Shown in pieces: positions 1 to 8,948 of a stretch of 64,000 nucleotides of DNA. Below the pieces are notes generated by a model. It did no database searches and was not told the origin of the DNA. It was given only the letters and a program-made list of their open reading frames with translations. A program made the position numbers and the translations under genes. The stretch is from Deltaproteobacteria bacterium (GTDB lineage: Bacteria > SAR324 > NAC60-12): positions 126,690 through 190,689 of the forward strand of contig JAYOTF010000001.1 of assembly GCA_038150265.1 (NCBI GenBank). Direction: 5' to 3'. Each line of letters opens with the position of its first letter. Positions within the stretch are counted from its first letter, which is position 1.

Positions 1-1
1 G

Positions 2-1312
2 CGACGCTTTCAGCTGCTCTTCGACCGCATTGGCGCCAAGCTGCATCACTACCAGACCCTGCTTTCCCACCCGTCTGGACTCTCTCGGATGGCGCGCATT
101 GCAGAAACCAGCGAGATGCTCTGGAATTACCTCATCAACCACCTTGAGCTGCTGGAGCAACTTGATTCGCCAGTGGACCTCTCTCAGGCAGACTGGGCGC
201 AGCAGCTCGCCGAAGGGCTGGCTGCACTTGATGACGAAGAGAGCAAGATTGACTTCCTCCGTCAGTTCAAGCACATGCACACCTTCCTCATTGGAAGTGC
301 CGAGCTGGAGGGCCTGCTTCCCTATGAAGAGGCACGCCGGGGCCTCACTGCACTGGCAGAGGTCATCACTCAGGGGGCACTGGAATTGACCATGACGCTC
401 CTCGGGCCTCGCTTTGGAGAACTGGAACCTGAAGGCGAAACGCCCATTCAGTTTGGAATCATCGGCATGGGGAAACTGGGCGGGTATGAGCTGACCTATC
501 ACTCGGACCTCGACCTGATCTTCATCTACAACGGCTCTGGCACCACCAACGGAAAGCGGGAGGTCGGCGCCCAGGAGTACTGGGTCAAGGTGGTCCAGCG
601 CCTCATCTCCATTTTGGGAACCATGACCCGGACCGGCTATGCCTACAAGCTCGATACCCGCTTGCGGCCTTCCGGAAACGCGGGCGTCCTCGTGACCCCT
701 CTTCAGGCGTACGTCCGCTATCACGAAAGCTCCCAACCCTGGGAGCACCAGGCGCTGATCAAGGGGCGGCTCGTGGGCGGAGTCGGAGGTCCGGAATGGA
801 CCCAGGAAATTCAGGGGCACCTGGAACACGCCGTTTACGAGTGGACGCTTCCGGAAGGCTTGCGGGAACAGATCACGCACCTGCGGCTTCGCAAGGAAAA
901 CGAGCTTTCCGGCGAGACGAAGACCCGCCGCAACCTCAAGGAAGGACGCGGAGGCCTGCTGGACATCGAATTTTTGGTGCAGTACCTCCAGCTGCTCCAT
1001 GGCCGACCGCATCCGGAGCTGCGAACGCCTCAGACGCTGGAAGCTCTGCACACCCTTGGGCAACTGGGCCTCTTGACACCGGAGGAGGCTCAGGCACTGG
1101 CGCAGGGCTACCGGCTGCTCCGGCTCGTCGAGAATGTTCTCCGTTTGCTGTATGATGAATCAACCAACACGCTCAACCTGGAGCAGTTGCCTGAGGACGT
1201 CCTCATGCCCATGCTTCGGCGGCAGGGTTATGAAACCGAGAACCTGCCCCAGTTGCTGTTGGACTCCACTGAAACCATCCGCTCCATCTATGAGCGGGTG
1301 ATGATCGCCTAA
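2..1312 (+). CDS. glnE: Glutamine synthetase adenylyltransferase, C-terminal part (runs off the window start)
   Basis: Frame open from nt 2; motifs GMGKLGGYELTYHSDLDLIF, DTRLRPSGNAG, WEHQAL, NLKEGRGGLLDIEF. Confidence 0.93.
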   Translation, partial: RRFQLLFDRIGAKLHHYQTLLSHPSGLSRMARIAETSEMLWNYLINHLELLEQLDSPVDLSQADWAQQLAEGLAALDDEESKIDFLRQFKHMHTFLIGSAELEGLLPYEEARRGLTALAEVITQGALELTMTLLGPRFGELEPEGETPIQFGIIGMGKLGGYELTYHSDLDLIFIYNGSGTTNGKREVGAQEYWVKVVQRLISILGTMTRTGYAYKLDTRLRPSGNAGVLVTPLQAYVRYHESSQPWEHQALIKGRLVGGVGGPEWTQEIQGHLEHAVYEWTLPEGLREQITHLRLRKENELSGETKTRRNLKEGRGGLLDIEFLVQYLQLLHGRPHPELRTPQTLEALHTLGQLGLLTPEEAQALAQGYRLLRLVENVLRLLYDESTNTLNLEQLPEDVLMPMLRRQGYETENLPQLLLDSTETIRSIYERVMIA

Positions 1313-1334
1313 ACGCTTCCACCGTCTTCACCCC

Positions 1335-3020
1335 ATGCTGCTCAGCCTGAAGCTGCAAAACCTGGCCACCATCAAGGAGCTTGACGTCGAGTTCAGCTCC
1401 GGATTTTCCATCATGACCGGAGAAACCGGAGCCGGGAAGTCCATCATGATTGACGCGATCCTGCTGGTTCTTGGAGGCAAGGGAGACCCCGGCATGGTCC
1501 GCTCGGGTGAAGAGAAGGCCACCATTGAAGCCGTGTTTGACCTGAACCGGCTCAAGGGGCTCCGGGAGCACCTGAAGGAGTCTGGAATTGAAGCCGATGA
1601 AGAGCTGATCATCCGCTGCCTCGTGCCCCGGCAGGGACGCCAACGGCGCTACGTCAACGGCGCCACTGTCACCGCTGAGTTCCTGCGGTCTCTGGGCAAA
1701 CGGTTGGTCAACATCCACGGCCAGCACGACAACCAGGCCCTGCTGCAGGTTTCCTCTCACCTCGACTTCCTCGACGGCTTCGGCCAGCTGTTTCCCCTCC
1801 GGGAAACCGTCACACAGCTTCACCAGCAGCACCAGCACCTGCTGCAGGAACAAAAGCGCCTCCTCAAGCGACTGGAAGCCCGGAATGCCCGCATGGAAGA
1901 ACTGGGGTGGGTCATTGAAGAGCTGGAGGAGCTGCAACTGCAGCGCGGAGAAGAGGAAGAGCTGCAGCAGGAGGCCCACCGACTTTCGCACACCGAGAAG
2001 CTGTCCCTGTGGTTTGGGCAGATCCTGGCGCAGCTCAATGATGCCGAGGGGTCGGTTCTTGAGCAGCTGGAATCCGTCCGCCGGGCGCTGGAAGATGCCG
2101 AACGCGTGGACCCCAAGTGCAGCGAAATGAAGAACGCCCTGGAGTCCGCCCTCTTTCAGGTGGAAGACGTCCACCGCCTCGCGGGTCGCTACACGGACAG
2201 CATTGAGGAGGATCCGGAGCGGCTGGCCTGGCTCAACGAACGGCTCAGCCGCATTCAACGCATCCAGCGCAAGCACCGGCGGGACACCTCTGACGCATTG
2301 ATCGACCTGCTGGAGCGCTCCCGGGAGGAACTTGCTGAGCTGAGCCACCTGGATGAAGACGGGCTGGAACTGCAACGACAGGTCGATGCCACCACCCAGG
2401 AGCTACGACTCAAGGCCCAGGAGCTTTCTGCAGCTCGACAGGAGCAGGCCGTTCAGCTGGACCAACAAATCGTTCACCAGCTGCAGGAGTTGGGGATGGA
2501 GAAGGCCCGCTTCCAGACTCAAATTGAAGCAGCTGATCCGGAAGAGGAGCTGAATGCCATTGGACCAACCGGTTCCGACGCTGTGGAGTTCCTGCTCTCC
2601 GTCAACCCAGGGCAGGACCTACGAAGCCTCGTCAAGGTCGCCTCCGGAGGAGAGCTGTCGCGCATCATGCTGGCGCTCAAGACGGTTCTGACGTCTTTGG
2701 ATACGGTGGAGATCTTGATCTTTGATGAGGTGGATACCGGCATCAGTGGGCGGGTCGCTGAGATCGTCGGCCTGAAGCTCCGGGAGCTGGGTTCTAGGCA
2801 CCAGACGCTCTGCATCACGCACCTGCCCCAGATTGCGGCCTTCTCCCAACAGCACTACGTGGTCACCAAAGAGGTCAAGGGCGAGCAGACCTTTACCCAC
2901 ATCCGCCTCCTGAAAACCACTGAGGAGAAGGCTCAGGAGCTGGCGCAGCTCATGGGTGGACAGGAGATCAGCTCCAACACGCTGCAACTGGCGCGGGAGA
3001 TGCTGACGCGTGCTTCCTGA
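1335..3020 (+). CDS. recN: DNA repair protein RecN
   Basis: Walker A TGETGAGKS, IHGQHD, ASGGELSR signature, FDEVDTG, CITHLPQ. Confidence 0.97.
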   Translation: MLLSLKLQNLATIKELDVEFSSGFSIMTGETGAGKSIMIDAILLVLGGKGDPGMVRSGEEKATIEAVFDLNRLKGLREHLKESGIEADEELIIRCLVPRQGRQRRYVNGATVTAEFLRSLGKRLVNIHGQHDNQALLQVSSHLDFLDGFGQLFPLRETVTQLHQQHQHLLQEQKRLLKRLEARNARMEELGWVIEELEELQLQRGEEEELQQEAHRLSHTEKLSLWFGQILAQLNDAEGSVLEQLESVRRALEDAERVDPKCSEMKNALESALFQVEDVHRLAGRYTDSIEEDPERLAWLNERLSRIQRIQRKHRRDTSDALIDLLERSREELAELSHLDEDGLELQRQVDATTQELRLKAQELSAARQEQAVQLDQQIVHQLQELGMEKARFQTQIEAADPEEELNAIGPTGSDAVEFLLSVNPGQDLRSLVKVASGGELSRIMLALKTVLTSLDTVEILIFDEVDTGISGRVAEIVGLKLRELGSRHQTLCITHLPQIAAFSQQHYVVTKEVKGEQTFTHIRLLKTTEEKAQELAQLMGGQEISSNTLQLAREMLTRAS

Positions 3021-3029
3021 AGCCGAAGC

Positions 3030-4979
3030 CTACTCTTCTGGTTTGGCCTTGGAGAAATCAAACTCCGGAGAATCCAACGCTGCTGCCGAGACCTGGCGGA
3101 TCTTGTCGATGGGCTTGTCTGCCACCCGGTTCCCTCGGGCCTGAGCGCCCTTGACCAGCAGGCTGTCAAACAGCACCAGCTCCCGGGTCTTGCGCAGGCG
3201 GGGCGCCGGAACAAACAGCGCCTCCAGCATCAGCCCGGCTCCCTGGCTGAAGTGCATGATCTTTGCGCCCCGAGCCTTGGGAAAGAGGCGGTATTCCTTG
3301 TCCAGAATGAACTTCTCCACCCGGAACCGCTTCGCGTAGCAGATCTGACTCTCTCCTTCCGAGTAGATGAGGTTGTACACCAGCTTGGGATCATGCAGGT
3401 CCAGCCGGTTCACGTCCTTTCCCACAAACAGCTTCTCTGGCACCTTGATCACCTGGTACCGCCCATCTTTCCGGAAGAGCACAATGCGGTCGAATTCCGA
3501 GCAGGTCAGCGTGTGGTTGCTCTTCACGGTGGTCCCAATGAAGCCGGACTGCTTGTCCCACCCCAGCTGCAGCGTCTCAGCGACATCCTTCATGCGGATC
3601 TCGTCAAAAGACGCAATTTCCGTCCGCCTTGGGTACAGCTCCCCGTAACTCTTGATGAGCCCCTCGAGGTAGGCGATGGCGTAAGCCGTCAGTTCCTTGA
3701 GGTGCTTCTTGACCTCCCGGATGCGTTTCTGCAGCTTCTTCAGGTTGGCTTCTGCCTCTTTTTGGTCAAAGCGGGAGATGCGCTTGATGGGAATGGCCAG
3801 CAGGGCTTCCAGGTCGTCCTTGGCAATGGGCAACTCCAGGTCCGGAAGGAGGGGCTGCATGCGCACCTCAACCTCCTTCAGAACCTCCTCATACGAGTCG
3901 CACTGCTCCAGCACCTGGTAGACGCGTTCCCTCAGGAAGTACAGCTCCAGCCGCCCCCGGTGCCACTTGTGCCGCAGCTGCTCCAGCTCCAGCTCCAGCT
4001 CCAGGCGCAGGAGGTGCAGCAGGCGGTCTGTCGCATGCGCCACCACCTCGCGGGTCGTCATCTGAACCGGCTGGTTGCCGCGAATCACCAAGAGGTTGAC
4101 CGAAATGGAGACCTCACACTGGGTAAAGGCAAACAGGGGCTTGAGCAGGTCCTTCGCCTGCACTCCACGCATCGCCTTCAGCTCCACAGCCACTTCTTCG
4201 GTGGTGAAGTCGTTGATGGACGCCACCTTGAGCTTCCCCTTGTTGGCTGCATCCTGAACCGACTGAATCAGGCTCTCTGTGGTCACACCAAAGGGGACGT
4301 CCTTGATGAGCAGCGTTTTGTCGTCCTGCACTTCCACCCGAGCTCGGATCCGGACCTTGCCGTTTCCATTCTGATACTGCTCCGGATCCATGATCCCGCC
4401 TGTAAGGAAGTCCGGAAGCAGGTCCCGCTGCTCTCCCTGAAGCCATGCGATCTGCGCCTGAAGCACCTCATTGAAGTTGTGCGGCAGGATCCGGGTCGAC
4501 ATGCCAACGGCGATTCCTTCGGCTCCCAGCAGCAGCGTCGCTGGAATCTTGCAGGGCAGGCGGACGGGTTCCTTGTTTCGACCGTCATAGCTTTCGACAA
4601 ACTCCGTCAGCTGCGGATTGAAGAGAACCTCGCGAGCCAGCGGGGTCAGGCGAGCCTCAATGTACCGGACCGCCGAGGCGGGATCCCCCGTGAAGAGGTT
4701 CCCGAAGTTCCCCTGCTTCTCAATGAAGTACTCCTTGTTTGCAATGACCACGAGCGCCGAGCCGATGGAGGCGTCTCCATGCGGGTGCAGCTTCATTGCC
4801 TCTCCGACGATGTTGGCCACCTTGCTGAACTTCCCGTCGTCCATCGTCCACATCGTGTGAAGGATGCGCCGCTGGACGGGCTTCAGGCCATCATCAACAT
4901 CGGGAATCGCCCGTTCCTTGATGACGTACGAGGCGTATTCCAGAAAATTCTGGTCCATCAAGGGTTTGAGATTCTGCAT
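3030..4979 (-). CDS. parC: Type IIA topoisomerase subunit A, short ParC-like form
   Basis: RAIPDVDDGLKPVQRR, HPHGD, catalytic RYIEARL, GIAVGM; 649 aa with no GyrA-box. Confidence 0.85.
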   Translation of the reverse strand: MQNLKPLMDQNFLEYASYVIKERAIPDVDDGLKPVQRRILHTMWTMDDGKFSKVANIVGEAMKLHPHGDASIGSALVVIANKEYFIEKQGNFGNLFTGDPASAVRYIEARLTPLAREVLFNPQLTEFVESYDGRNKEPVRLPCKIPATLLLGAEGIAVGMSTRILPHNFNEVLQAQIAWLQGEQRDLLPDFLTGGIMDPEQYQNGNGKVRIRARVEVQDDKTLLIKDVPFGVTTESLIQSVQDAANKGKLKVASINDFTTEEVAVELKAMRGVQAKDLLKPLFAFTQCEVSISVNLLVIRGNQPVQMTTREVVAHATDRLLHLLRLELELELEQLRHKWHRGRLELYFLRERVYQVLEQCDSYEEVLKEVEVRMQPLLPDLELPIAKDDLEALLAIPIKRISRFDQKEAEANLKKLQKRIREVKKHLKELTAYAIAYLEGLIKSYGELYPRRTEIASFDEIRMKDVAETLQLGWDKQSGFIGTTVKSNHTLTCSEFDRIVLFRKDGRYQVIKVPEKLFVGKDVNRLDLHDPKLVYNLIYSEGESQICYAKRFRVEKFILDKEYRLFPKARGAKIMHFSQGAGLMLEALFVPAPRLRKTRELVLFDSLLVKGAQARGNRVADKPIDKIRQVSAAALDSPEFDFSKAKPEE

Positions 4980-5011
4980 CCGTCAACCTTCCTGAAGCCG
5001 TCAGTGGGAGT

Positions 5012-6592
5012 TCAAAGAGAAATTTTTCGGGCGGAGGTAATTCCGGGACGATTGCGCAACTCGTCCACCACCGCTTCAGAGATGCCGTCATCCACGCGGA
5101 TCAGCGCCATGGCTTCGCCACCTTTGGTGTTTCGCGCCAGCTCAAACTGGTCGATGTTCACCCCCTGTGTCCCCAGCAGGGTTCCGATGACGCCCACCAT
5201 TCCGGGCTGATCCTGGTTGGTGGTGAGCAGAATGGTGCCCGTTGGTTCAATTTCACAAACGAACTCATTGACGAGCGTGATCCGGGAGTGCTGTCCACTG
5301 AAGACCACTCCTCCAATCTGAAACTTTCCTTCCGGACCCTGCAGCGTACACTTGAGGGCACTTTCGTAATCCGTGAAGCCCGGATCTGCCGTCTCCTCAA
5401 CCCGCAGGCCAGCAGCCACGGCACACTGGTCCGCGTTGACGTAGCTGACGTGCTCGTGCTTGTTTTCCAGGAATCCCTTGAGGAAGCTCAAGCGGAGCAG
5501 GGATCCTTCATGCCGAGCCAGGCTCCCCCGGAGCTTCAGCTCCAGCTGGTTGGGGGTGATGGTGGTGGCTTGTGAGGCAAAGCGTCCCAGGTTTTCTGCC
5601 AGCGCGGCATAGGTCCGGACCTGTGGATTGTCCAGCACCTGAACATTGGGCATGTTGACTGGAGAGTCCACGACCTCTCCCCGAAGCGCCCGAGGCACTT
5701 GTGTCCCGACTGACTCGGCAATCCGCATCTGGGCTTCCAGCGTCGAGGCTCCAATGTGCGGCGTCATCACCACGTTCGGAAAATCCTTGAATGCGTTTTC
5801 CTTGGGAGGCTCAATCTCCCAGGTGTCCACTCCTGCTGCTGCGACCCGTCCGGACTCAATGCCCTTCAGCAGGGCGGCTTCGTCAATCACTCCCCCACGA
5901 GCGGCGTTGAGGATGATCACGCCCTTTTTCATGCGGGCAAACTCATTGGCACCGAGCATGCCGGTGGTTTCCTTGTTTTTCGGAACGTGCAGGGTGATGA
6001 CGTCGGATTCCTCGACAAGCTCATCCCACGTGACCTTCTTGGCGTTGTGCCGCTCAAAGACCTCATCGGAGATGTAGGGGTCATAAGCATGGACCGTCAT
6101 GTCAAAGGCAGTGGCAAACCGGGCCACACGGTGTCCCACGTTTCCCAGTCCAATGATGCCAATGGTCTTCCCGAGCAGCTCAATGCCGGTGAAGGTGTGG
6201 CGGTCCCAGCGCAGGTTCTCCATGTGCTTGTGAGCCGGAATGACCTTCCGGATCGCATTGAGGAGCAGCCCCATCGTCAGTTCGGCGGCAGAGTTGGTGT
6301 TCTTGGCCGGCGTATTGAAGACCAGGATGCCCTTCTCAGTGGCATAATCGACATCGATGTTGCCGATGCCGACTGCTGCGCGGGCGATCACTTTCAGATT
6401 CGGTGCATGGTCAATCAACTCCCGAGTGATGGGAGTTTCTGAGCGAGACAGCACGCAGTGGTAGGGTTCCACAACGGAAAGGATCTCCTGGTACGGAAGA
6501 TCCGGAGAGTACGTCACCTCCAAATCCGGTTCCTGGTTGAGGAGCGTCAGGCCCACCTCATGGATGGATCCGGTAATCAGCACTTTGTACAT
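5012..6592 (-). CDS. serA: D-3-phosphoglycerate dehydrogenase with C-terminal ACT domain
   Basis: GIIGLGNVG, NAARGG, TPHIGAST; ACT motif DQPGMVG. Confidence 0.95.
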   Translation of the reverse strand: MYKVLITGSIHEVGLTLLNQEPDLEVTYSPDLPYQEILSVVEPYHCVLSRSETPITRELIDHAPNLKVIARAAVGIGNIDVDYATEKGILVFNTPAKNTNSAAELTMGLLLNAIRKVIPAHKHMENLRWDRHTFTGIELLGKTIGIIGLGNVGHRVARFATAFDMTVHAYDPYISDEVFERHNAKKVTWDELVEESDVITLHVPKNKETTGMLGANEFARMKKGVIILNAARGGVIDEAALLKGIESGRVAAAGVDTWEIEPPKENAFKDFPNVVMTPHIGASTLEAQMRIAESVGTQVPRALRGEVVDSPVNMPNVQVLDNPQVRTYAALAENLGRFASQATTITPNQLELKLRGSLARHEGSLLRLSFLKGFLENKHEHVSYVNADQCAVAAGLRVEETADPGFTDYESALKCTLQGPEGKFQIGGVVFSGQHSRITLVNEFVCEIEPTGTILLTTNQDQPGMVGVIGTLLGTQGVNIDQFELARNTKGGEAMALIRVDDGISEAVVDELRNRPGITSARKISL

Positions 6593-6695
6593 AAGGACTT
6601 CTGGGGAAAGGGCAATACGGGAACTTTGGTTCGGTCAAACCTAGTACTTTCCCACACTTTCCGGGACGAATAAAGACGGAACCTCGCGGAGAGGC

Positions 6696-7016
6696 TTACA
6701 AAGAGGAGGAATTTTTGTAGAACGGAGTGGGCTTGAGGAAGAGGCGGGAGCGCTTGGGCTGAACCCGTTCCTGCAGAAAATCGATGCCGCTCAGCAGTTC
6801 AGAGGAGGCAGGGGTGGACCGGGAAGCAGACGAGGGGGGTGGTGACGTGGGCTGGTGCATGCGCTGCTCCAGCGCATCGATGACCCGCATCATTTCCCGA
6901 CGCTCCTGTTGGTCCTGAGACCGTTGTTGAATGAGTTGCTCGCTCATGGAAACCAGGCGTTCACTCATGTCAATCAGGCGATCGTAGCGTTCTTCGAAAG
7001 TCTTTCGGGTACTCAT
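6696..7016 (-). CDS. Hypothetical protein (coiled-coil N-terminus, Pro/Ser linker)
   Basis: 106-aa ORF with GGAG RBS; protein-like composition. Confidence 0.6.
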   Translation of the reverse strand: MSTRKTFEERYDRLIDMSERLVSMSEQLIQQRSQDQQERREMMRVIDALEQRMHQPTSPPPSSASRSTPASSELLSGIDFLQERVQPKRSRLFLKPTPFYKNSSSL

Positions 7017-7171
7017 TTCTCCATCAACAACTCAGGTTCACTGCTGATGAGTCTAAGCCGGGAACAAACGAGCGCAAGCGTAAAAGGGCAACTCCTCGCT
7101 CCGGCCCCCCACACGCAATGGAGGCAGCCAGGAGCGGAAGCATCCGGAACCAAGCGTTCCGGGAACTGAGT

Positions 7172-7209
7172 GATTGATTATTGACAATAATAATTCAATC
7201 GTCTATAAA
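7172..7209 (+). promoter_or_regulatory. Near-consensus sigma70 promoter overlapped by an AT-rich inverted repeat
   Basis: TTGACA (7181-7186), 17 bp spacer, TATAAA (7204-7209); TTATTG-A-CAATAA and GATTGA...TCAATC dyads. Confidence 0.7.
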
Positions 7210-7215
7210 ACCGAG

Positions 7216-7425
7216 TTCAGAACCCCTTACGTGCCATCACTTCTTCTGGGGTCAGGCGATGAAAACAACGCGCGCGATTGACCAGCCGGCGATTCGGCAA
7301 GAAGCTTGCAGTCTTCTGTTTCATGGAATGCTCCTGGAAAGGGTGAATCAGTCAGTCACCGGACTCCCCATGACTCCGCGACTGGCTCTTACCTTTCCTT
7401 ATCGGCACCTCATCGACTTTCTTTA
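7216..7425 (+). ncRNA. Candidate structured sRNA or 5' leader, family not recognised
   Basis: Downstream of the promoter; long hairpin 7336-7398, two smaller hairpins near 7285-7318, U-rich end. Confidence 0.35.
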
Positions 7426-7433
7426 ACGGTTCA

Positions 7434-7685
7434 ATGCCCAGAGGCGGCTACAGAGAAGGAGCAGGGCGTAAAAAAGAGTACAACGAGCCCGTCAAAAAGA
7501 TCTTGCTGGGGCTGCCCCAATCCGTGTTGGACCAGCTGGATCAGTATGCGGCTCAGCAGAACCTCTCACGCCCTAAGGCCGTTGCGGCCCTGCTCAAACA
7601 GGTACAAAATCAGACCACTGGGACGAAGAAGGCCAAGATGCTGGAGGAACTCAAGTCCCTGAAGATGGAGTTGCGCCGGAACTAG
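7434..7685 (+). CDS. Small DNA-binding protein, CopG/ribbon-helix-helix-like with RGGxRxGAGRK N-terminus
   Basis: MPRGGYREGAGRKK then KKILLGLPQSVLDQLDQYAAQQNLSRPKAVAALL (RHH pattern). Confidence 0.7.
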   Translation: MPRGGYREGAGRKKEYNEPVKKILLGLPQSVLDQLDQYAAQQNLSRPKAVAALLKQVQNQTTGTKKAKMLEELKSLKMELRRN

Positions 7686-7824
7686 GAGGCGGATCATCTA
7701 GCGACTGATCGATCTCCCGAAGCTTCCTGGAGGCCTCCTCGTATTTTTTTTCGGCACGCCGCTGTTCCCAGACCCCCAGCAGCACCATGGCTCCAAATGC
7801 CATCAGGAGCAGAATCAGGCCCAT
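7651..7824 (-). CDS. Small single-TM hypothetical protein (57 aa)
   Basis: GGAGG RBS before ATG 7824; MGLILLLMAFGAMVLLGVW followed by a charged tail. Confidence 0.55.
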   Translation of the reverse strand: MGLILLLMAFGAMVLLGVWEQRRAEKKYEEASRKLREIDQSLDDPPPSSGATPSSGT

Positions 7825-7826
7825 CG

Positions 7827-8093
7827 CTACTTCCTCCGGTCTTGCCAGTACGCGAACCCGCGCAAAAGCACTTCCAGCCCCAGCAGCATTCCGAGCCCAA
7901 CGACGACAGAGAGTACGGCGACTTCTTCCCGCTCCCACCCCAGGGACCACAGGACCAGCGCCGACAGATAAACCGCTCCCACCACGAGGATGATGACATC
8001 CACGAGCCGGGAGAAGCGCTCCTTCCAGCCCCGCTTGCGCCACATCCAGCGCAGGCCCCAAAGCAAGAGGATGGGCAGCAGCAGCTTAAGCAT
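7827..8093 (-). CDS. Small membrane protein (about 3 TM)
   Basis: 88-aa hydrophobic ORF ending 2 nt before the next ORF. Confidence 0.6.
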   Translation of the reverse strand: MLKLLLPILLLWGLRWMWRKRGWKERFSRLVDVIILVVGAVYLSALVLWSLGWEREEVAVLSVVVGLGMLLGLEVLLRGFAYWQDRRK

Positions 8094-8184
8094 GAACGCT
8101 TTGCTGTTTGAGATTTTCGGAATTCCGTGGAATCATCCCTGTATTCAAACAGTTCCCTCTCAACAGAGCCCTGGACCAAAAAGC

Positions 8185-8391
8185 ATGAACGCCACCATTC
8201 TCAATGATGCCATCCGCCTCCTCAGTCATGAAATGACAAAACGAGGACACAAGCCGTTTGACAACGACCTCATCACCGCTCAACTGGAACGAGTGGAGAC
8301 GCATCTGAGCAAGGATCACCGCAATGAGCTGATCACCATGTTTCACCTGGATACCCCCAACGTGGACGGAGCCTGCTGGGAGCGGATCTAA
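8185..8391 (+). CDS. Hypothetical protein (68 aa)
   Basis: ATG 8185, MNATILNDAIRLLSHEM...WERI; fills the gap between neighbouring genes. Confidence 0.55.
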   Translation: MNATILNDAIRLLSHEMTKRGHKPFDNDLITAQLERVETHLSKDHRNELITMFHLDTPNVDGACWERI

Positions 8392-8693
8392 TCCTTCTGG
8401 GTCAGCCCCATGAAGCGGTCTTCAAGCGAGTTGACCTCGACAATCCGGGCCGCTAGCAGGCCATTTTCCTTGGTGACGGCCTCAGCGGTGGCAATGGGCC
8501 GCTCGTTGACCAGCAGTTCCAGCTGCGACTGATTCGGCGCTTCCAGCTGAATCACGGACCCCTGTCCAAGGTTCAGGATGCTGCCGATTTCCATGTCGCA
8601 CCGCCCAAGCACAAGCCGAACCGTTAGGGGCATGTCCATCAATCGACCCAGCTTTCCACTGAGGCCGGGTCCTTGCTGTTGCTTCTGACTCAC
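8388..8693 (-). CDS. fliN: FliM/FliN C-terminal (SpoA) domain protein
   Basis: LMDMPLTVRLVLGRCDMEIGSILNLGQGSVIQL...LLVNERPIATAEAV...AARIVEV; GTG start inferred. Confidence 0.75.
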   Translation of the reverse strand: MSQKQQQGPGLSGKLGRLMDMPLTVRLVLGRCDMEIGSILNLGQGSVIQLEAPNQSQLELLVNERPIATAEAVTKENGLLAARIVEVNSLEDRFMGLTQKD

Positions 8694-8801
8694 AATTCCC
8701 TGTAGAAAAAAGTAGCGAAGTCCAAAGAGATTTGGTACTCTTGGCTGTTTCTCACAAGCATAACGTTTGGTCTCCGAAGAACAAGCAGAAATAAAGGCGC
8801 C

Positions 8802-8948
8802 ATGTCCCCGAAGCAAAAAACCGAGCTGCAACGCAAAAAGAAAGATCGCCCGAACAAGGCCAACTGCAAGAAGCGCGAGCAGCAGAACCGAGCCAATCTC
8901 CTGATCATCCGGGAATTGACCTCGGATGCAAGCCAAGCCGATGCCTGA
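8802..8948 (+). CDS. Small basic protein (48 aa), absent from the ORF track
   Basis: MSPKQKTELQRKKKDRPNKANCKKREQQNRANLLIIRELTSDASQADA; AAGG before ATG; stop overlaps the xth ATG (ATGCCTGA). Confidence 0.6.
   Translation: MSPKQKTELQRKKKDRPNKANCKKREQQNRANLLIIRELTSDASQADA

Noticed and set aside
3981..4004. (CTCCAG)4 tandem repeat in parC as a phase-variation tract
   Set aside because: In-frame hexamer encoding LELELELE in a helix; slippage would not shift the frame.
7336..7400. Cobalamin riboswitch on the minus strand (GGGGAGTCCGGTG)
   Set aside because: The following AAxTCC, GCCCC/ACTG and B12-box elements are absent.
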